In this document: positions 10,964 through 22,870 of the stretch, one piece after another | Layout of the letters: each line of letters opens with the position of its first letter | Position numbering within the stretch: position 1 is the first letter of the stretch | From: an uncultured Gemmatimonadales bacterium | GTDB taxonomy: Bacteria; Gemmatimonadota; Gemmatimonadetes; Gemmatimonadales; GWC2-71-9 | Assembly (NCBI GenBank): GCA_963739455.1 | Contig: CAVUAK010000001.1 | Coordinates: forward strand, 2,176,001-2,240,000 | DNA: 64,000 nucleotides | Direction: 5' to 3' | The notes under the pieces: model-generated | Told to the model about the DNA's origin: nothing | Database searches by the model: none | What the model saw: the letters and a program-made list of their open reading frames with translations, nothing else | Made by a program: the position numbers and the translations under genes

Positions 10964-11682
10964 TCCGCAGCCTCGTCTTTACCGTCGCGACTCGTGGCAC
11001 GCACGGTCTGGAGCACCCTTCGCCTCGTCGTCGCGTGGCTCAGGCGGGTGCCGTCCGGGCCCGGGCAGCATCTATGAACAGATACCGCGCGCAGTGGGCG
11101 AGCGACCTGCTCGCGTCGGCGCAGATCGAGGTCCGGGTGCGTGGGCGCGAACACCTCGATGGGGTGGGCACCTGCGTCTACTGTGCCAACCATTCCTCGT
11201 TCGTGGATCCCGGGGCGTTGATTGGTGCGGTGCCCGGTTCGGTGCGGTTCGTCGCCAAGCGGTCACTGTTCCGGGTGCCATTCTTCGGCACGGCGCTGCG
11301 GATCACCGGACAGATCCCGATCGATCGCACCAACCGTGATGCCGCGATGGACTCGTTCGCCGAGGCTGCGCAGGTGCTGCGTGATGGCGTATCGGCGGCG
11401 GTCTTCGTGGAGGGAACCCGGAGCCGGGACGGCTCCCTCCAGCCGTTCAAGAAGGGGGCGTTCGTGCTGGCGATCAGCCTCCAGGCCCCATGCGTGCCGG
11501 TGTACATCGCGGGAGCCCGCGCCCTGATGCCCCGGGGTGGCTTCGTGCCGCGTCCGGGGACGGTCGAGGTGCGGATCGGCGAGCCAATTCCGACGGCGGG
11601 AATGACCTATGAGCAGCGTGATGCCCTGCGGGACCGTTGCTGGCAGGCCATGAGCGCGCTGGCCGTTTCCCAGTTACGTTAG
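10960..11682 (+). CDS. plsC: 1-acyl-sn-glycerol-3-phosphate acyltransferase
   Basis: [27 protein letters not shown]; the N-terminus looks scrambled by indels. Confidence 0.85.
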   Translation: MIRSLVFTVATRGTHGLEHPSPRRRVAQAGAVRARAASMNRYRAQWASDLLASAQIEVRVRGREHLDGVGTCVYCANHSSFVDPGALIGAVPGSVRFVAKRSLFRVPFFGTALRITGQIPIDRTNRDAAMDSFAEAAQVLRDGVSAAVFVEGTRSRDGSLQPFKKGAFVLAISLQAPCVPVYIAGARALMPRGGFVPRPGTVEVRIGEPIPTAGMTYEQRDALRDRCWQAMSALAVSQLR

Positions 11683-11708
11683 CCCATCACCTTTTTCACT
11701 GGATCCGG

Positions 11709-13313
<1,605 letters not shown>

Positions 13314-13317
<4 letters not shown>

Positions 13318-15131
13318 GCGAACTGCTCGCGGCGGCCCTTGGCGTGGTAAAGACCAGGGCACTGCCACTCGCCGCCTTCGCGCTCCTCTTCCGGCTTACG
13401 CAGGCGGCGCTCCTCCTGCCGGTGCTCGCCATGGCCGGCCGAACCCTTACCGGTCGTCCGGTCATCGACAGCACCGACCTGGTGCGGTTCGCGCTGTCGC
13501 CACGCGGAATCATCACCATCGGACTGACCGGGTCGGTGCTCCTCACGCTGTACCTGATGGAGCAGACCGGTCTCGCGGCGATCGCCGTCGGGCACCTGCA
13601 CGGCGTGAAGGTGTCGGTCACTGACGCCTACCACCTGGTCGGCGCCAGCATGTTCGCGCTGCTTCGTCTCGCGGTGGCGCTGCTCTGGCGCGTGCTGCTG
13701 ATCATCCTGCCGCTGCTCATGCTGGCGGGGTTTCTCGCGTGGAAGTTCCTCCGCAATCGCGACATCCACTACTACCTCGACCTCAAGCCCCCAGCCGCCA
13801 TCGCGGCGGCGGCCGTGCTCGCCGTCCTGGCGCTCGCGACCGCGATCACGCTGGCGTACTGGGTGCTCCACTGGCGCATGTCGGTGCCGCTGACTGCGCT
13901 GGAGGGACTGCCTGCAAGCGAGGCGCTCCGGAAGAGTGCACTGATCGTGCATCCGGTGTGGTTCAGGCTGGCGCTCTACTGGGTGCTGATCCTGGGGACA
14001 GGCGCGCTCTTCTCGTCTGCCGTCGCCTGGGTGGTGCACCAGGTTGGCCTCATGGTGCTTGGGCAAGGTGTGGCCCGGCTGGGGGTGATCGTCGTGGTCG
14101 GCATGGTCGCCATTGCCGCGGGGTTGCATGCGCTGATCGGCGGCGCCATGGCGGTTACCGATGCCACGCTGTTTGCCACCGCGTGGGATGCCCTTCGTGC
14201 AGGATCAAGGCCGGAGCTCACCGGGACGCTCCAGGGCATTGCGGCGCTGCCGGACGTCCTGCGGAATGACCAGGCGACGCGCATTGCCCTCTTCGCATCT
14301 GCCATCCTCTTCGCCGTCGGCGCGGTCAATGCCTGGCGCCTCAGTGATGGACTGGTGAAGAGCCTGCCGGTCCAGGTCACCGCGCACCGGGGCAGCTCGA
14401 AGGTGGCGCCGGAGAATTCGCTGAGCTCCATCCGCCAGGCCATTCTCGACGGCGCCGACTACGTCGAGGTCGACGTGCAGGAGACGGTGGACGGGGGCCT
14501 GGTCCTGGTGCACGACGCCGATCTTGCCCGCGTGGCGGGCGTGCCGCGTCGCGTCACCGAGATGACGCTGGCCGAGGTGAAGGAGGCGGAGATCGGTTCG
14601 CGCTTCAACGCCAGCTTCACCGGCGAGCGGATCCCGACGCTCGACGAGGCGCTGGAGGCGGTGGACGGGAAGGCGCACCTCAACATCGAGCTCAAGTATT
14701 TTCCCGGTGCGCAGCGGCTGGCGGAGCGGGTGGTGCAGGCGGTGCGCGCGCGCGGAATGTCGGATGACGTGGTCATCCAGTCGCTCAGTTACGAGGGCAT
14801 CCAGGAAGTGCGCCGGCTGGCGCCTCGAATCCGCGCGGGGTACCTCATCCCCCTGCCAGTGCGGAACCCGGAACGGCTGGATGTGGACTTCTACGCGGTG
14901 AGCCAGCGGCTGATCGACCCGACATTCCTGCTGCAGGCACACCGGCGAGGTCGGCAGGTGTTTGCCTGGACGGTGAACGACACGACGCAGATGGTGGCGC
15001 TGGCGGGGATGGGCGTGGACAACCTGATCACGTCGGTGCCGGCGGAAGCGGTGCGGGTGCTCCGGGAGCACTGGGCGAAGAACCCGGTGGAGCTCCGGCT
15101 GGCCCGGCTTCGCGCCTGGCTCGGGGGCTAG
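13314..15131 (+). CDS. Membrane-anchored glycerophosphodiester phosphodiesterase
   Basis: N-terminal multi-TM domain; AHRG...PENS, EVDV, HD, NIELK, WTVN. Confidence 0.9.
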
Positions 15132-15168
15132 GAGGGCGGGGGGTCCGGAATTAGGTTTTCCTGCCCTT

Positions 15169-15242
15169 GGCAGGGTAGCTCAGGTGGTTAGAGCACGGCA
15201 CTCATAATGCCGGGGTCGCGGGTTCGAGTCCCGCCCCTGCTA
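15169..15242 (+). tRNA. tRNA-Met(CAT), probably elongator; CCA not encoded
   Basis: Acceptor GGCAGGG/CCCTGCT, D arm GCTCAGGTGGTTAGAGC, anticodon arm CGGCA-CTCATAA-TGCCG, T arm GCGGG-TTCGAGT-CCCGC. Confidence 0.95.
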
Positions 15243-15243
15243 T

Positions 15244-15266
15244 GCCCCCGAACTGGGGGCTTTTTT
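15244..15266 (+). terminator. Intrinsic terminator after the tRNA
   Basis: GCCCCC-GAACT-GGGGGC followed by T6. Confidence 0.85.
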
Positions 15267-15334
15267 CTTGCCCCTCTTGCAACCATTCCTGTCGCGCGCC
15301 TGTCCTATCCTCAAATCACCTGAGGAATGTGACG

Positions 15335-17794
15335 ATGGCAGACCTGCGGCACGACACCATCAGCGATGTTGCCTACGCGCTCCGCAACCTGGCCCGCAAC
15401 CCCGGGTTCGCAGCGGTCGTCATCCTCACTCTCGCGCTTGGCATCGGCGGCACGACAGCCGTCTTCAGTGCCGTCGACGCCGTGCTGCTCAAGCCGTTGC
15501 CCTTCCAGGAGCCCGGCCAGCTCGTGCGTGTCTACGGCCATGGCGTCCAGAATCCCGGGGCACACAATTTCGTCACGCCAGTCCATTACATCGAGTACCG
15601 GGAGCAGCTCGCCTCACTCGAGGGGCTCGCCGCCATCCTGACGTACAATCAAACCGGGGCGGACATCGGCTCCGGCGACGCGGCGCGGCGCATCCGCACC
15701 CTCCCAACGAGTGCCAACTACTTCGACGTGCTCCGGGTGCACCCCACACTGGGGCGGGCATACCAGGTGGACGGGGAATACGGGACGGGCATCGAGGACA
15801 ACGTCGATGGCGCACCCATGGTGGTGCTGAGTCACGACCTCTGGGAACGCGAATTCCGCGGAGACCCAGCGGCGATCGGCCAGAGCCTGTTGATGAGCGG
15901 CCGGCGCTACGAAGTGCTGGGTGTGATGCCGAAGGGCTTCACGGACCCGGTGGTCGGCGCGGTAGACGCCTGGGTGCCGATTGACCTTCGGCAGGGCAGG
16001 GACCCGAATGAAGCCAACAACCACTACCTGTCGCTCATCGGGCGCGTCCGCGCCGGCGTGCCACTCGCCCAGGCCCAGGACGAACTCGACCGCCTCTCCC
16101 TCCGGCTCGCCGAACAGTATCCCTCTGCCAGGGATGAGCGGGCCCATTTCTATCCGTTGAAGGAGGACATCGTCGGCGCCTCGACCAGCCGCTCGCTCCA
16201 GATCATGCTCGGCGCGGTCGGGTTCGTCCTGCTGCTGGTCTGCGTCAACGTGGCGAACCTGATGCTCGTGCGGGGATCAGAGCGTACCCGCGAGTTTGCC
16301 GTGCGGTCGGCGCTCGGTGCAGGACGCATGCGGATCGTGCGCCAGTTGCTGGCCGAGAGCTTGACACTTGCCGTGGCGGGAGCGCTGGCGGGCCTGCTCG
16401 TCGCCCGACTGGCCATGCAAGCGATCGTGGCACTGGGTGCCGGGAACATTCCGCGCCTTGGGGGCCTTTCCTTCAATCCGTGGCTCCTGGTGTTCGCCCT
16501 GGTGCTGAGCGGCGGGTGCGCCGTGCTCTTCGGGCTGACCCCGGCGATCAGGGCGGCGCGGGTCCAGCCGGGCGACGCCCTGCGCGACCAGAGTCGCGCG
16601 AACTCGAGCGGCGCTCGTTCACTCCGTGCCCGCGAATGGCTGGTCGTCTCGCAGGTGGCGATTGCGTTCGTGCTGCTCGTGGGTGCCGGCCTCCTGCTGT
16701 CCTCGTTCCAGAAGATCTCCCACGTCGAGCTCGGTGTGCACACCGACGGTGTCCTGACCTTCCAGCTCAACCTTCCGGCGTCCCAATACGACTCGACGGC
16801 GCGCGTCAACTTCTTCGAGTCATTCGCCGAACAGGTGGCGGCCTTGCCCGGCGTAAAGGCGGCGGGTGGCATCTCCAGGCTTCCGGCCACCGGCGCTTAC
16901 CACCAGTGGGGAGTCCGGGCACTCAGCGGGCCGCTGACCGGTGATAATGACCGGAACGGGATCGGCGGAGCGCAGAACCGGGTGGTATCGGGCGATTACT
17001 TCCGCGCGGTGGGAATCCCGGTCAAGGCCGGGCGCACTTTTGACGCTGGCGACGACAGCCACGCGCCCGATCGGGTCGTGATCAGCCAGAGCCTGGCCGC
17101 GCGACTGTTCCCGGGGACGAGTGCGCTGGGCCAGCGGCTGCGGACCGGTGGTCGCGAGAGTGAGGTCATCGGCGTGGTGGGCGATGTCGCGGTGACCAAC
17201 GAAGGCACGGAAGACATGTACGTCTACCATGCGCATCGCCAGTTCGCCGGGGACCGCAACTGGCCGCTGTCCCAGGTGATCGCCACGACCGGCTCCCCGA
17301 TGTCCCTGCAGCCGAAGATCCGGGAGATCCTTTCTGCCGCAGATCCCCGCCTCGTGATGTACCAACCCGCCTTGCTCGATGAGGTCGTCGGCGCCGGCGC
17401 CGCGCAGCGGCTCTTCATCATGCGCATCCTGGTCATCTTTGCCGCGATAGCGCTGGCACTCAGTGCACTCGGGCTATTTGGCGTTCTTTCCTACGGCGTC
17501 AAGCTGCGAGCGCGGGAGTTCGGCATCAGGATGGCACTGGGGGCGCAGCGACAGTCGATCGGTGCCATGGTCATGCGACAGGCGATGACGGTGGTCGCAG
17601 TCGGTGTCGCCATCGGGCTCGCGGCCGCGCTCCCGCTTTCCAGGCTGATGGCGGCGCTCCTGTTCCGGGTCAGTCCGCTGGACCCCCGCGTCATCGCCGG
17701 CTCGATTGCATTTACGGTGCTCGTGGCGGCGGTCGCCGCCTACCTGCCGGCGCATCGCGCCACGGGCGTGAACCCGCGCAGCATCATGCAGTAA
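15335..17794 (+). CDS. ADOP-type duplicated ABC permease (MacB/FtsX-like)
   Basis: YALRNLARNPGF..LTLALGIG, LLLVCVNVANL, REFAVRSALGA, REFGIRMALGA; two FtsX-like halves. Confidence 0.92.
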   Translation: MADLRHDTISDVAYALRNLARNPGFAAVVILTLALGIGGTTAVFSAVDAVLLKPLPFQEPGQLVRVYGHGVQNPGAHNFVTPVHYIEYREQLASLEGLAAILTYNQTGADIGSGDAARRIRTLPTSANYFDVLRVHPTLGRAYQVDGEYGTGIEDNVDGAPMVVLSHDLWEREFRGDPAAIGQSLLMSGRRYEVLGVMPKGFTDPVVGAVDAWVPIDLRQGRDPNEANNHYLSLIGRVRAGVPLAQAQDELDRLSLRLAEQYPSARDERAHFYPLKEDIVGASTSRSLQIMLGAVGFVLLLVCVNVANLMLVRGSERTREFAVRSALGAGRMRIVRQLLAESLTLAVAGALAGLLVARLAMQAIVALGAGNIPRLGGLSFNPWLLVFALVLSGGCAVLFGLTPAIRAARVQPGDALRDQSRANSSGARSLRAREWLVVSQVAIAFVLLVGAGLLLSSFQKISHVELGVHTDGVLTFQLNLPASQYDSTARVNFFESFAEQVAALPGVKAAGGISRLPATGAYHQWGVRALSGPLTGDNDRNGIGGAQNRVVSGDYFRAVGIPVKAGRTFDAGDDSHAPDRVVISQSLAARLFPGTSALGQRLRTGGRESEVIGVVGDVAVTNEGTEDMYVYHAHRQFAGDRNWPLSQVIATTGSPMSLQPKIREILSAADPRLVMYQPALLDEVVGAGAAQRLFIMRILVIFAAIALALSALGLFGVLSYGVKLRAREFGIRMALGAQRQSIGAMVMRQAMTVVAVGVAIGLAAALPLSRLMAALLFRVSPLDPRVIAGSIAFTVLVAAVAAYLPAHRATGVNPRSIMQ

Positions 17795-17814
17795 GGTGAA
17801 CGGCGCGCCCTGGG

Positions 17815-18486
17815 CTAGTCCGGTGGGCGGATCACCAGGTTCCGGAAGTCGCCGACCGATGTCCCATGGACGAAATATCCCACTCCACCGGAGCGGTGGG
17901 GCGAGGGATTGACGACTGACAGCACCGGGATCTCGGCGCGGTCCAGGAAGACGTCGATGGCGGGCCCACGTACCCGCACCCGCACATGGATCCATCCCCC
18001 GGGATCGAGCGATGCGGGCACTGCCTTCTCGAAGACGCCGGGTTGCTCGGTGCGCAGCCTGTCCCAGGGGTACGCAGGGGACGACACGAACTGGACCGCA
18101 TGGGCCCGGCGCGCCGAGTCAGCCGCCTGGAAATTGAATGGCCGGAGATAGACGGCGTCGAAGCTGGTATCGCTGGCGATGTGAAACGCAATACCCACGA
18201 AGCTGTGGCCCGGAATGTCGCGGCCGCGGACGTCGAATTCGATGTCACCATCGGTGAACGCGAGCGCCGGAGACCACACGAGGCCGACGGTATCTGGTTC
18301 ACCAACGATTGCCAGGTACTCGCGCCCAGGCTCACCCTTCAGCTCGATGGTCCGGCTGAACAGGTGCCACCCCCCGGGTGGTGCCTGCGCACCTGTGAGG
18401 CTTGCCGGTACCGTGCCCTGCGCCAGTGCGCTGGAGGCCAGGAGGAGTCGCGCCACCGCCACCAGCGTATACGCCGGAAATCTCAT
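17815..18486 (-). CDS. Secreted DUF1080 / ConA-fold-like protein
   Basis: Signal peptide; FTDGDIEFDV, FVGIAF, YLRPFNF, WIHVRVRV, FRNLVI. Confidence 0.7.
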   Translation of the reverse strand: MRFPAYTLVAVARLLLASSALAQGTVPASLTGAQAPPGGWHLFSRTIELKGEPGREYLAIVGEPDTVGLVWSPALAFTDGDIEFDVRGRDIPGHSFVGIAFHIASDTSFDAVYLRPFNFQAADSARRAHAVQFVSSPAYPWDRLRTEQPGVFEKAVPASLDPGGWIHVRVRVRGPAIDVFLDRAEIPVLSVVNPSPHRSGGVGYFVHGTSVGDFRNLVIRPPD

Positions 18487-18568
18487 TGCACATCCGTGGT
18501 TGCGAAGGAAATGCGATCACCTACCACGTCCGGACGCTTGCGAGCAAGGTGATGTTTCGTTTGCGCGA

Positions 18569-19717
18569 TCAGCAGCCCCCCGTTCCAGGATTGCGGTCGC
18601 GAGGATCGCGAGCGGGGAGCGTTCCATCCAGGCGCACGGCGTAGCTATCCTGCACCAGGTTCCCATCGTAGCGAATGGACTGCTGGATCATCACCGGGCG
18701 CGTGGTGCTGGTGGTCGCGCTGTACCAGTTGTTGGTCGACTCGGTGTAGACCGGACCGCAGCGCTCCAGCTTCACGGTCATTCCCTTTTCGTAGAGTGCC
18801 CCGAGCATGTGCTCACCCTTGGGGTGCGTCCCCATTTCCTCGAGATAGATCGTCCTGACCTGGGTTGCGCTTCCGCTGGCGCTGACGGAGAACTCACGGC
18901 CGGCGAGGGTCACTTGCCCCGACTGCAGCATCGGGCCGGGATCGCCGCGATAGCTCATGTTGCCCGGCCTGGGTCCGGGATTCCATTCGATTCCTGATGG
19001 CAGGCCTGCCATCGTCTTCCAGTCATACGACGCCGGCCCGGCGGAGCTCGGCATCAGCGCCTTGATAGTGCCGGCCAGCAACTCAGGCGGCTTGCTGGTG
19101 GAGACGACCTTCCGCTCGCTGCCCGCCCCACACGTCTCGCTGTAGAGCGCGAGCTGGCTGGGTTGGAGCGGCGGCAGTTTTTCCCCGCGCGTGAGCACGA
19201 AGCCTTCGCACGCCTTCCCCTTGCAGCTGGTCTGGATCGCGAGATGACCGGGGTCGCGTTTCGGGCCCGTCAGGCCGTACCAGTCGGTGCCAGCCCCGGT
19301 GTTGCCGGCGGGGCATCGAGCCAGCGTCGCACCCAGCCCCGCCTTCTGCAGTGAGGACACGACTGCGGCCTCACCCAACGGTGCCGACGGGTTCCTGAAG
19401 TAGACGGTCGTGACGATGGTGCGCGCTCCAGTGGCAACCACGGCGATGCTTCGTCCGTCGATGGTCAACCCACCCTGGCGAGTGTAGCAACCACCGTCGG
19501 GGAGGCAATTCCTGAGCGAGGTCGGTGGCAACGCAGCCCACCTTATCAGGGGCAGCTTCTCGAGGCCTTCCCAGCTGGTCTCGAAGTCCTTGTCGAGGAA
19601 TGCGGCGACGATCCCGGCAAGGTCGTCTGCGGGATCGCGGGTCGGCTGAGAGGCGGCGAGCAGGCCCAGTGATGCAAGGCCGAGGGCAACCATTGCGACG
19701 GGACGCGCGGGTTTCAT
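18569..19717 (-). CDS. Secreted Cys-containing hypothetical protein with internal duplication
   Basis: Signal peptide MKPARPVAMVALGLASLGLLAA; two related halves of about 140 aa. Confidence 0.75.
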   Translation of the reverse strand: MKPARPVAMVALGLASLGLLAASQPTRDPADDLAGIVAAFLDKDFETSWEGLEKLPLIRWAALPPTSLRNCLPDGGCYTRQGGLTIDGRSIAVVATGARTIVTTVYFRNPSAPLGEAAVVSSLQKAGLGATLARCPAGNTGAGTDWYGLTGPKRDPGHLAIQTSCKGKACEGFVLTRGEKLPPLQPSQLALYSETCGAGSERKVVSTSKPPELLAGTIKALMPSSAGPASYDWKTMAGLPSGIEWNPGPRPGNMSYRGDPGPMLQSGQVTLAGREFSVSASGSATQVRTIYLEEMGTHPKGEHMLGALYEKGMTVKLERCGPVYTESTNNWYSATTSTTRPVMIQQSIRYDGNLVQDSYAVRLDGTLPARDPRDRNPGTGGC

Positions 19718-19854
19718 GAGGGGGCCTGGGCTGGGGCGATCGAGGGTCCGTCCTGCATTGCGCAGCTGAGTGCCAATGTCCGTCATCGTGTTGTTCGGTG
19801 CGGTTTGGTGGACTAGCTTGACCCCCCATCGATCCCAGTCAAGAGGAGCGGAGC

Positions 19855-21418
19855 ATGAGGCGTGAGTCGGTGTTGTTCCTGACCCTGGTGACGCTGGCGT
19901 GCAGTGCCCCGACCGACAAGGCGGGAGCCCAGGTGGTCGTGCGCGATACCACGGCAGCGCGCGATTCGGCGTTCGCCATCGACACGCTTCGCGCGCTCGA
20001 CTCAGCGCTCGCCGTCGACACCGCCAGCTATTCCAGAGGCAGTTTTCGCCGCTGCCGACAGCGCGTCGCCGGTGGGATTCCGGGTGCCGTGGACCGGCGA
20101 TCTCGACGGGATGATCAAGCGCCGATTCATCCGGGTGCTGGTAACGCCCTCCCAGACCAGCTTCCTCATCGACCGGGGAAGCCGCTTCGGACTGACCTTC
20201 GAGGCGATGCAGGAGTTCGAGACGCAGCTGAACCAGCGACTGGGGCTTCGGGTGAAACGGGTGCGGGTGATGTACATCCCGGTGCCGCGTGACCAGTTGC
20301 TCACCGGCGTGCGCGATGGGCTGGGTGACCTGGCGGTGTCGCAGATCAAGGTGACGCCGGCGGGCCAGGCGATCGTGGACTTCTCGATCCCGGAGGCGCA
20401 GCGCATCCGGGAGATTGTCGTGACCGGCACCGGTGGGCCGGCGCTCGCGAGCATCGACGCGATGGCCGGCCGCACAGGTATACCTGCGTCGCTCATCGAA
20501 CTACTGGGAGCACGCTGAGGTGGTCAACCAGCGACTGGTCGCTGAGGGCAAGCCACCGATCGACCTTCGCCCGGTGCCCGAGGTCCTCACCGACGAGGAC
20601 ATCCTCGAGATGGTGCATGCGGGGACATTCCCGGCCACCATCGTGGACCAGTACAAGGCGCGACTCTGGGCCCGGGTGCTGCCCGGTCTCGTGATGCACC
20701 CGGATGCGTTCGTCTCGGACGATGGGACGCTGGCGTGGGCATTCAGGAAGGGCAGTCCCGAGCTGGAGACGTCGGTGAATGCGTTCCTGCGGACGCACCG
20801 GCAGGGAACACTGTTCGGGAACATACTGATCCGCCGCTACACCCAGGGCACCCGGTTCATCACGCCGGTGCGGACCGGCGCGGCGCAGCAGAACTTCGAC
20901 CGGATGGTGGTGCTCTTCACTCGATACTCGGAGAAGTACGAGATGAGCACCGCGATGATGATGGCGCTGGCGTACCAGGAGTCAGGGCTCAACCAGGCGG
21001 CGGTGAGTCCAGTGGGCGCGATCGGCGTGATGCAGGTGATGCCGCCGACGGGCCGGCAGATGAACGTGGGGGATATCCGGCAGCTCGAGCCCAACATTCA
21101 TGCGGGCATCAAGTACATGCACCATCTCGATGGAGGTCTATTTCCCGACCGCGCCGCAGGACATGGTGAACCGCATCGCTGCTCACCTTCGCGTCCTACA
21201 ATGCCGGCCCCAACCGCATGCGGCGGCTGCGTCGTGAGGCCGCGAATCGCGGCCTGGATCCCGATGTCTGGTTCGACAACGTCGAGATCCTGGCGGCAGA
21301 GACCATCGGTCGCGAGACGGTGACGTACGTGAGCAACATCTTCAAGTATTACGTGGCGTACCAGCTCATGCTCGACGACCGTGCGGCGCGCGAGGCGGCC
21401 GGGGCAACGGTGCGCTGA
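19855..21418 (+). CDS. mltF: MltF-like lytic transglycosylase lipoprotein (SBP + SLT domains; about 4 frameshifts)
   Basis: Lipobox TLAC; WTGDLDGM..RR.IRVLV; AYQESGL, GAIGVMQVMP, NIHAGIKY, ASYNAG, ETVTYVSNI.KYY. Confidence 0.88.
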
Positions 21419-21465
21419 CCCCTTTTCTCCCGCGGCGCTGGCTTGTATGTTGCGGGAGTCGCTGG

Positions 21466-22020
21466 CTAGGGTTTTTTCGGAGCGATGGTGCCGAAGATGC
21501 GGCCGAGCGATGCACCCAAGAAGAGAATGCGCCGGCCCCGGGCGAAGTCGACTGCGAATGATGGTGCCACGACCCAGTTCTCGAGCACGTTGAATTCGTA
21601 GCAGAACTCCATGCGGTAGAGGATCGACCAGGAACTGCCCTCCAGATCGCCGGATAACAGCCATCGCGACGCGCAGCGGTCCGGTGGGGTGCAGCGTGAA
21701 CGCCGGACCAACCACGAAGTCGCGCGGTCCTCCAAATGTCCATTCCGCCAGGGCGCCGACGCCGTACCACTTGTGGAGACGACGCTCGTACTCGACGCCG
21801 AGGGTAAACCCGCTGCCTTCATCGATTTCATTCTGGCGGGTCACACCCACAACCACGCTCGCGAGGTTGCGCCAGGGTCGCCTTGGGAGGCGGACCGCCG
21901 ACGAGGCTGTCGCGGCGGCGGTGGCGGCGCGTCTTCCTGCGCCGCCGCCTGCGTGGCGATGCTCGCGGCCGCTGCCAGGCACAGGACCAGCGTCCGGTAT
22001 CGCCGGTTCGTGGGTGTCAG
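21466..22020 (-). CDS. Possible small outer-membrane beta-barrel protein (frameshifted, start unclear)
   Basis: Pieces in three frames: signal-like RYRTLVLCLAAAASIATQAAAQ; GFTLGVEYERRL..GVGALAEW; YRMEFCYEF..VAPSFAVDF..LFLGASLG. Confidence 0.5.
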
Positions 22021-22720
22021 ATGGATCCTCGCGCTCCTGATTGCGTGGCAGGTGGGTCACGCCGTTCCGCTCGCGGCACAATCGGTCGTTGAATCTAACG
22101 GGGAGATCTGGTGGGATGTCGACCTCCGCTACCGGGTCAACCCGCGCTGGACGGCGTTTACCGAGGTCAGTGCGCGAGGCTGGAACCAGGTGCGCGCCTC
22201 TCCCGGCTTCGAGTACGTCGCCACGAGCTGGCTCGATATCCTCGGGCTGGTGCCGCTGATCGGCATCGTCAACCAGCAGGGACTCGTGTCGTACGAGGTC
22301 CGGGTTGTTCCGGGTGTTCGGCTCACCTGGCGTCCCACGCCATGGCTGTCGCTCCGGAACCGCGACGTCGCCGAGTTCCGCCGAGTCGACTTCGTCAACA
22401 GCGACAGGACGGACTACTCGACCCGGATCCGGGTGCGGCTGGAGGCGCGCGTCGCCATTGCGCCGACGAGCTTCGCGTCTCGCACGCTCCTCTACGGCCT
22501 GGCCGACATCGAGGGGTTCAAGACCGTCGGGGTCGAACTGAGCAACCGGCATTTCTGGGATCGCACCCGGATCCGGGCGGGACTCGGCTACCGGTTTGAC
22601 CGCTGGTGGACGGTGGAAGGGATCTACGTGCTCGAGACGCGGTGGAACACGCGGGCGGACGTCCAGCTGACGTCCAGGCTGCATATCCTGCAGATGCGGC
22701 TGGTGCACTTCATCCGCTGA
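22010..22720 (+). CDS. DUF2490-like outer-membrane beta-barrel protein
   Basis: Signal peptide, amphipathic strands, RIRVRLE and RTRIRAGLGYRF; start GTG 22010 is inferred. Confidence 0.7.
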   Translation: MGVRWILALLIAWQVGHAVPLAAQSVVESNGEIWWDVDLRYRVNPRWTAFTEVSARGWNQVRASPGFEYVATSWLDILGLVPLIGIVNQQGLVSYEVRVVPGVRLTWRPTPWLSLRNRDVAEFRRVDFVNSDRTDYSTRIRVRLEARVAIAPTSFASRTLLYGLADIEGFKTVGVELSNRHFWDRTRIRAGLGYRFDRWWTVEGIYVLETRWNTRADVQLTSRLHILQMRLVHFIR

Positions 22721-22870
22721 TTCGTGGCGGGCAGGTCCCTTGCACTCGACATTGCACACGAGTCGAGGCAACTTCCTTCCGGCGTCCTCACCGCGTTTGC
22801 GCTTGCGCGACGAAGGGGCCGTTCCAACCTGACATCCGTCTGTCCTACAACAGTGATCCGGAGGTCGTTC

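Noticed and set aside
15169..15242. tRNA-Ile2(CAT) or initiator tRNA
   Set aside because: It lacks the C1:A72 mismatch and the three G:C anticodon-stem pairs of an initiator, and looks more like elongator Met than Ile2. Isotype-specific covariance models would settle it.
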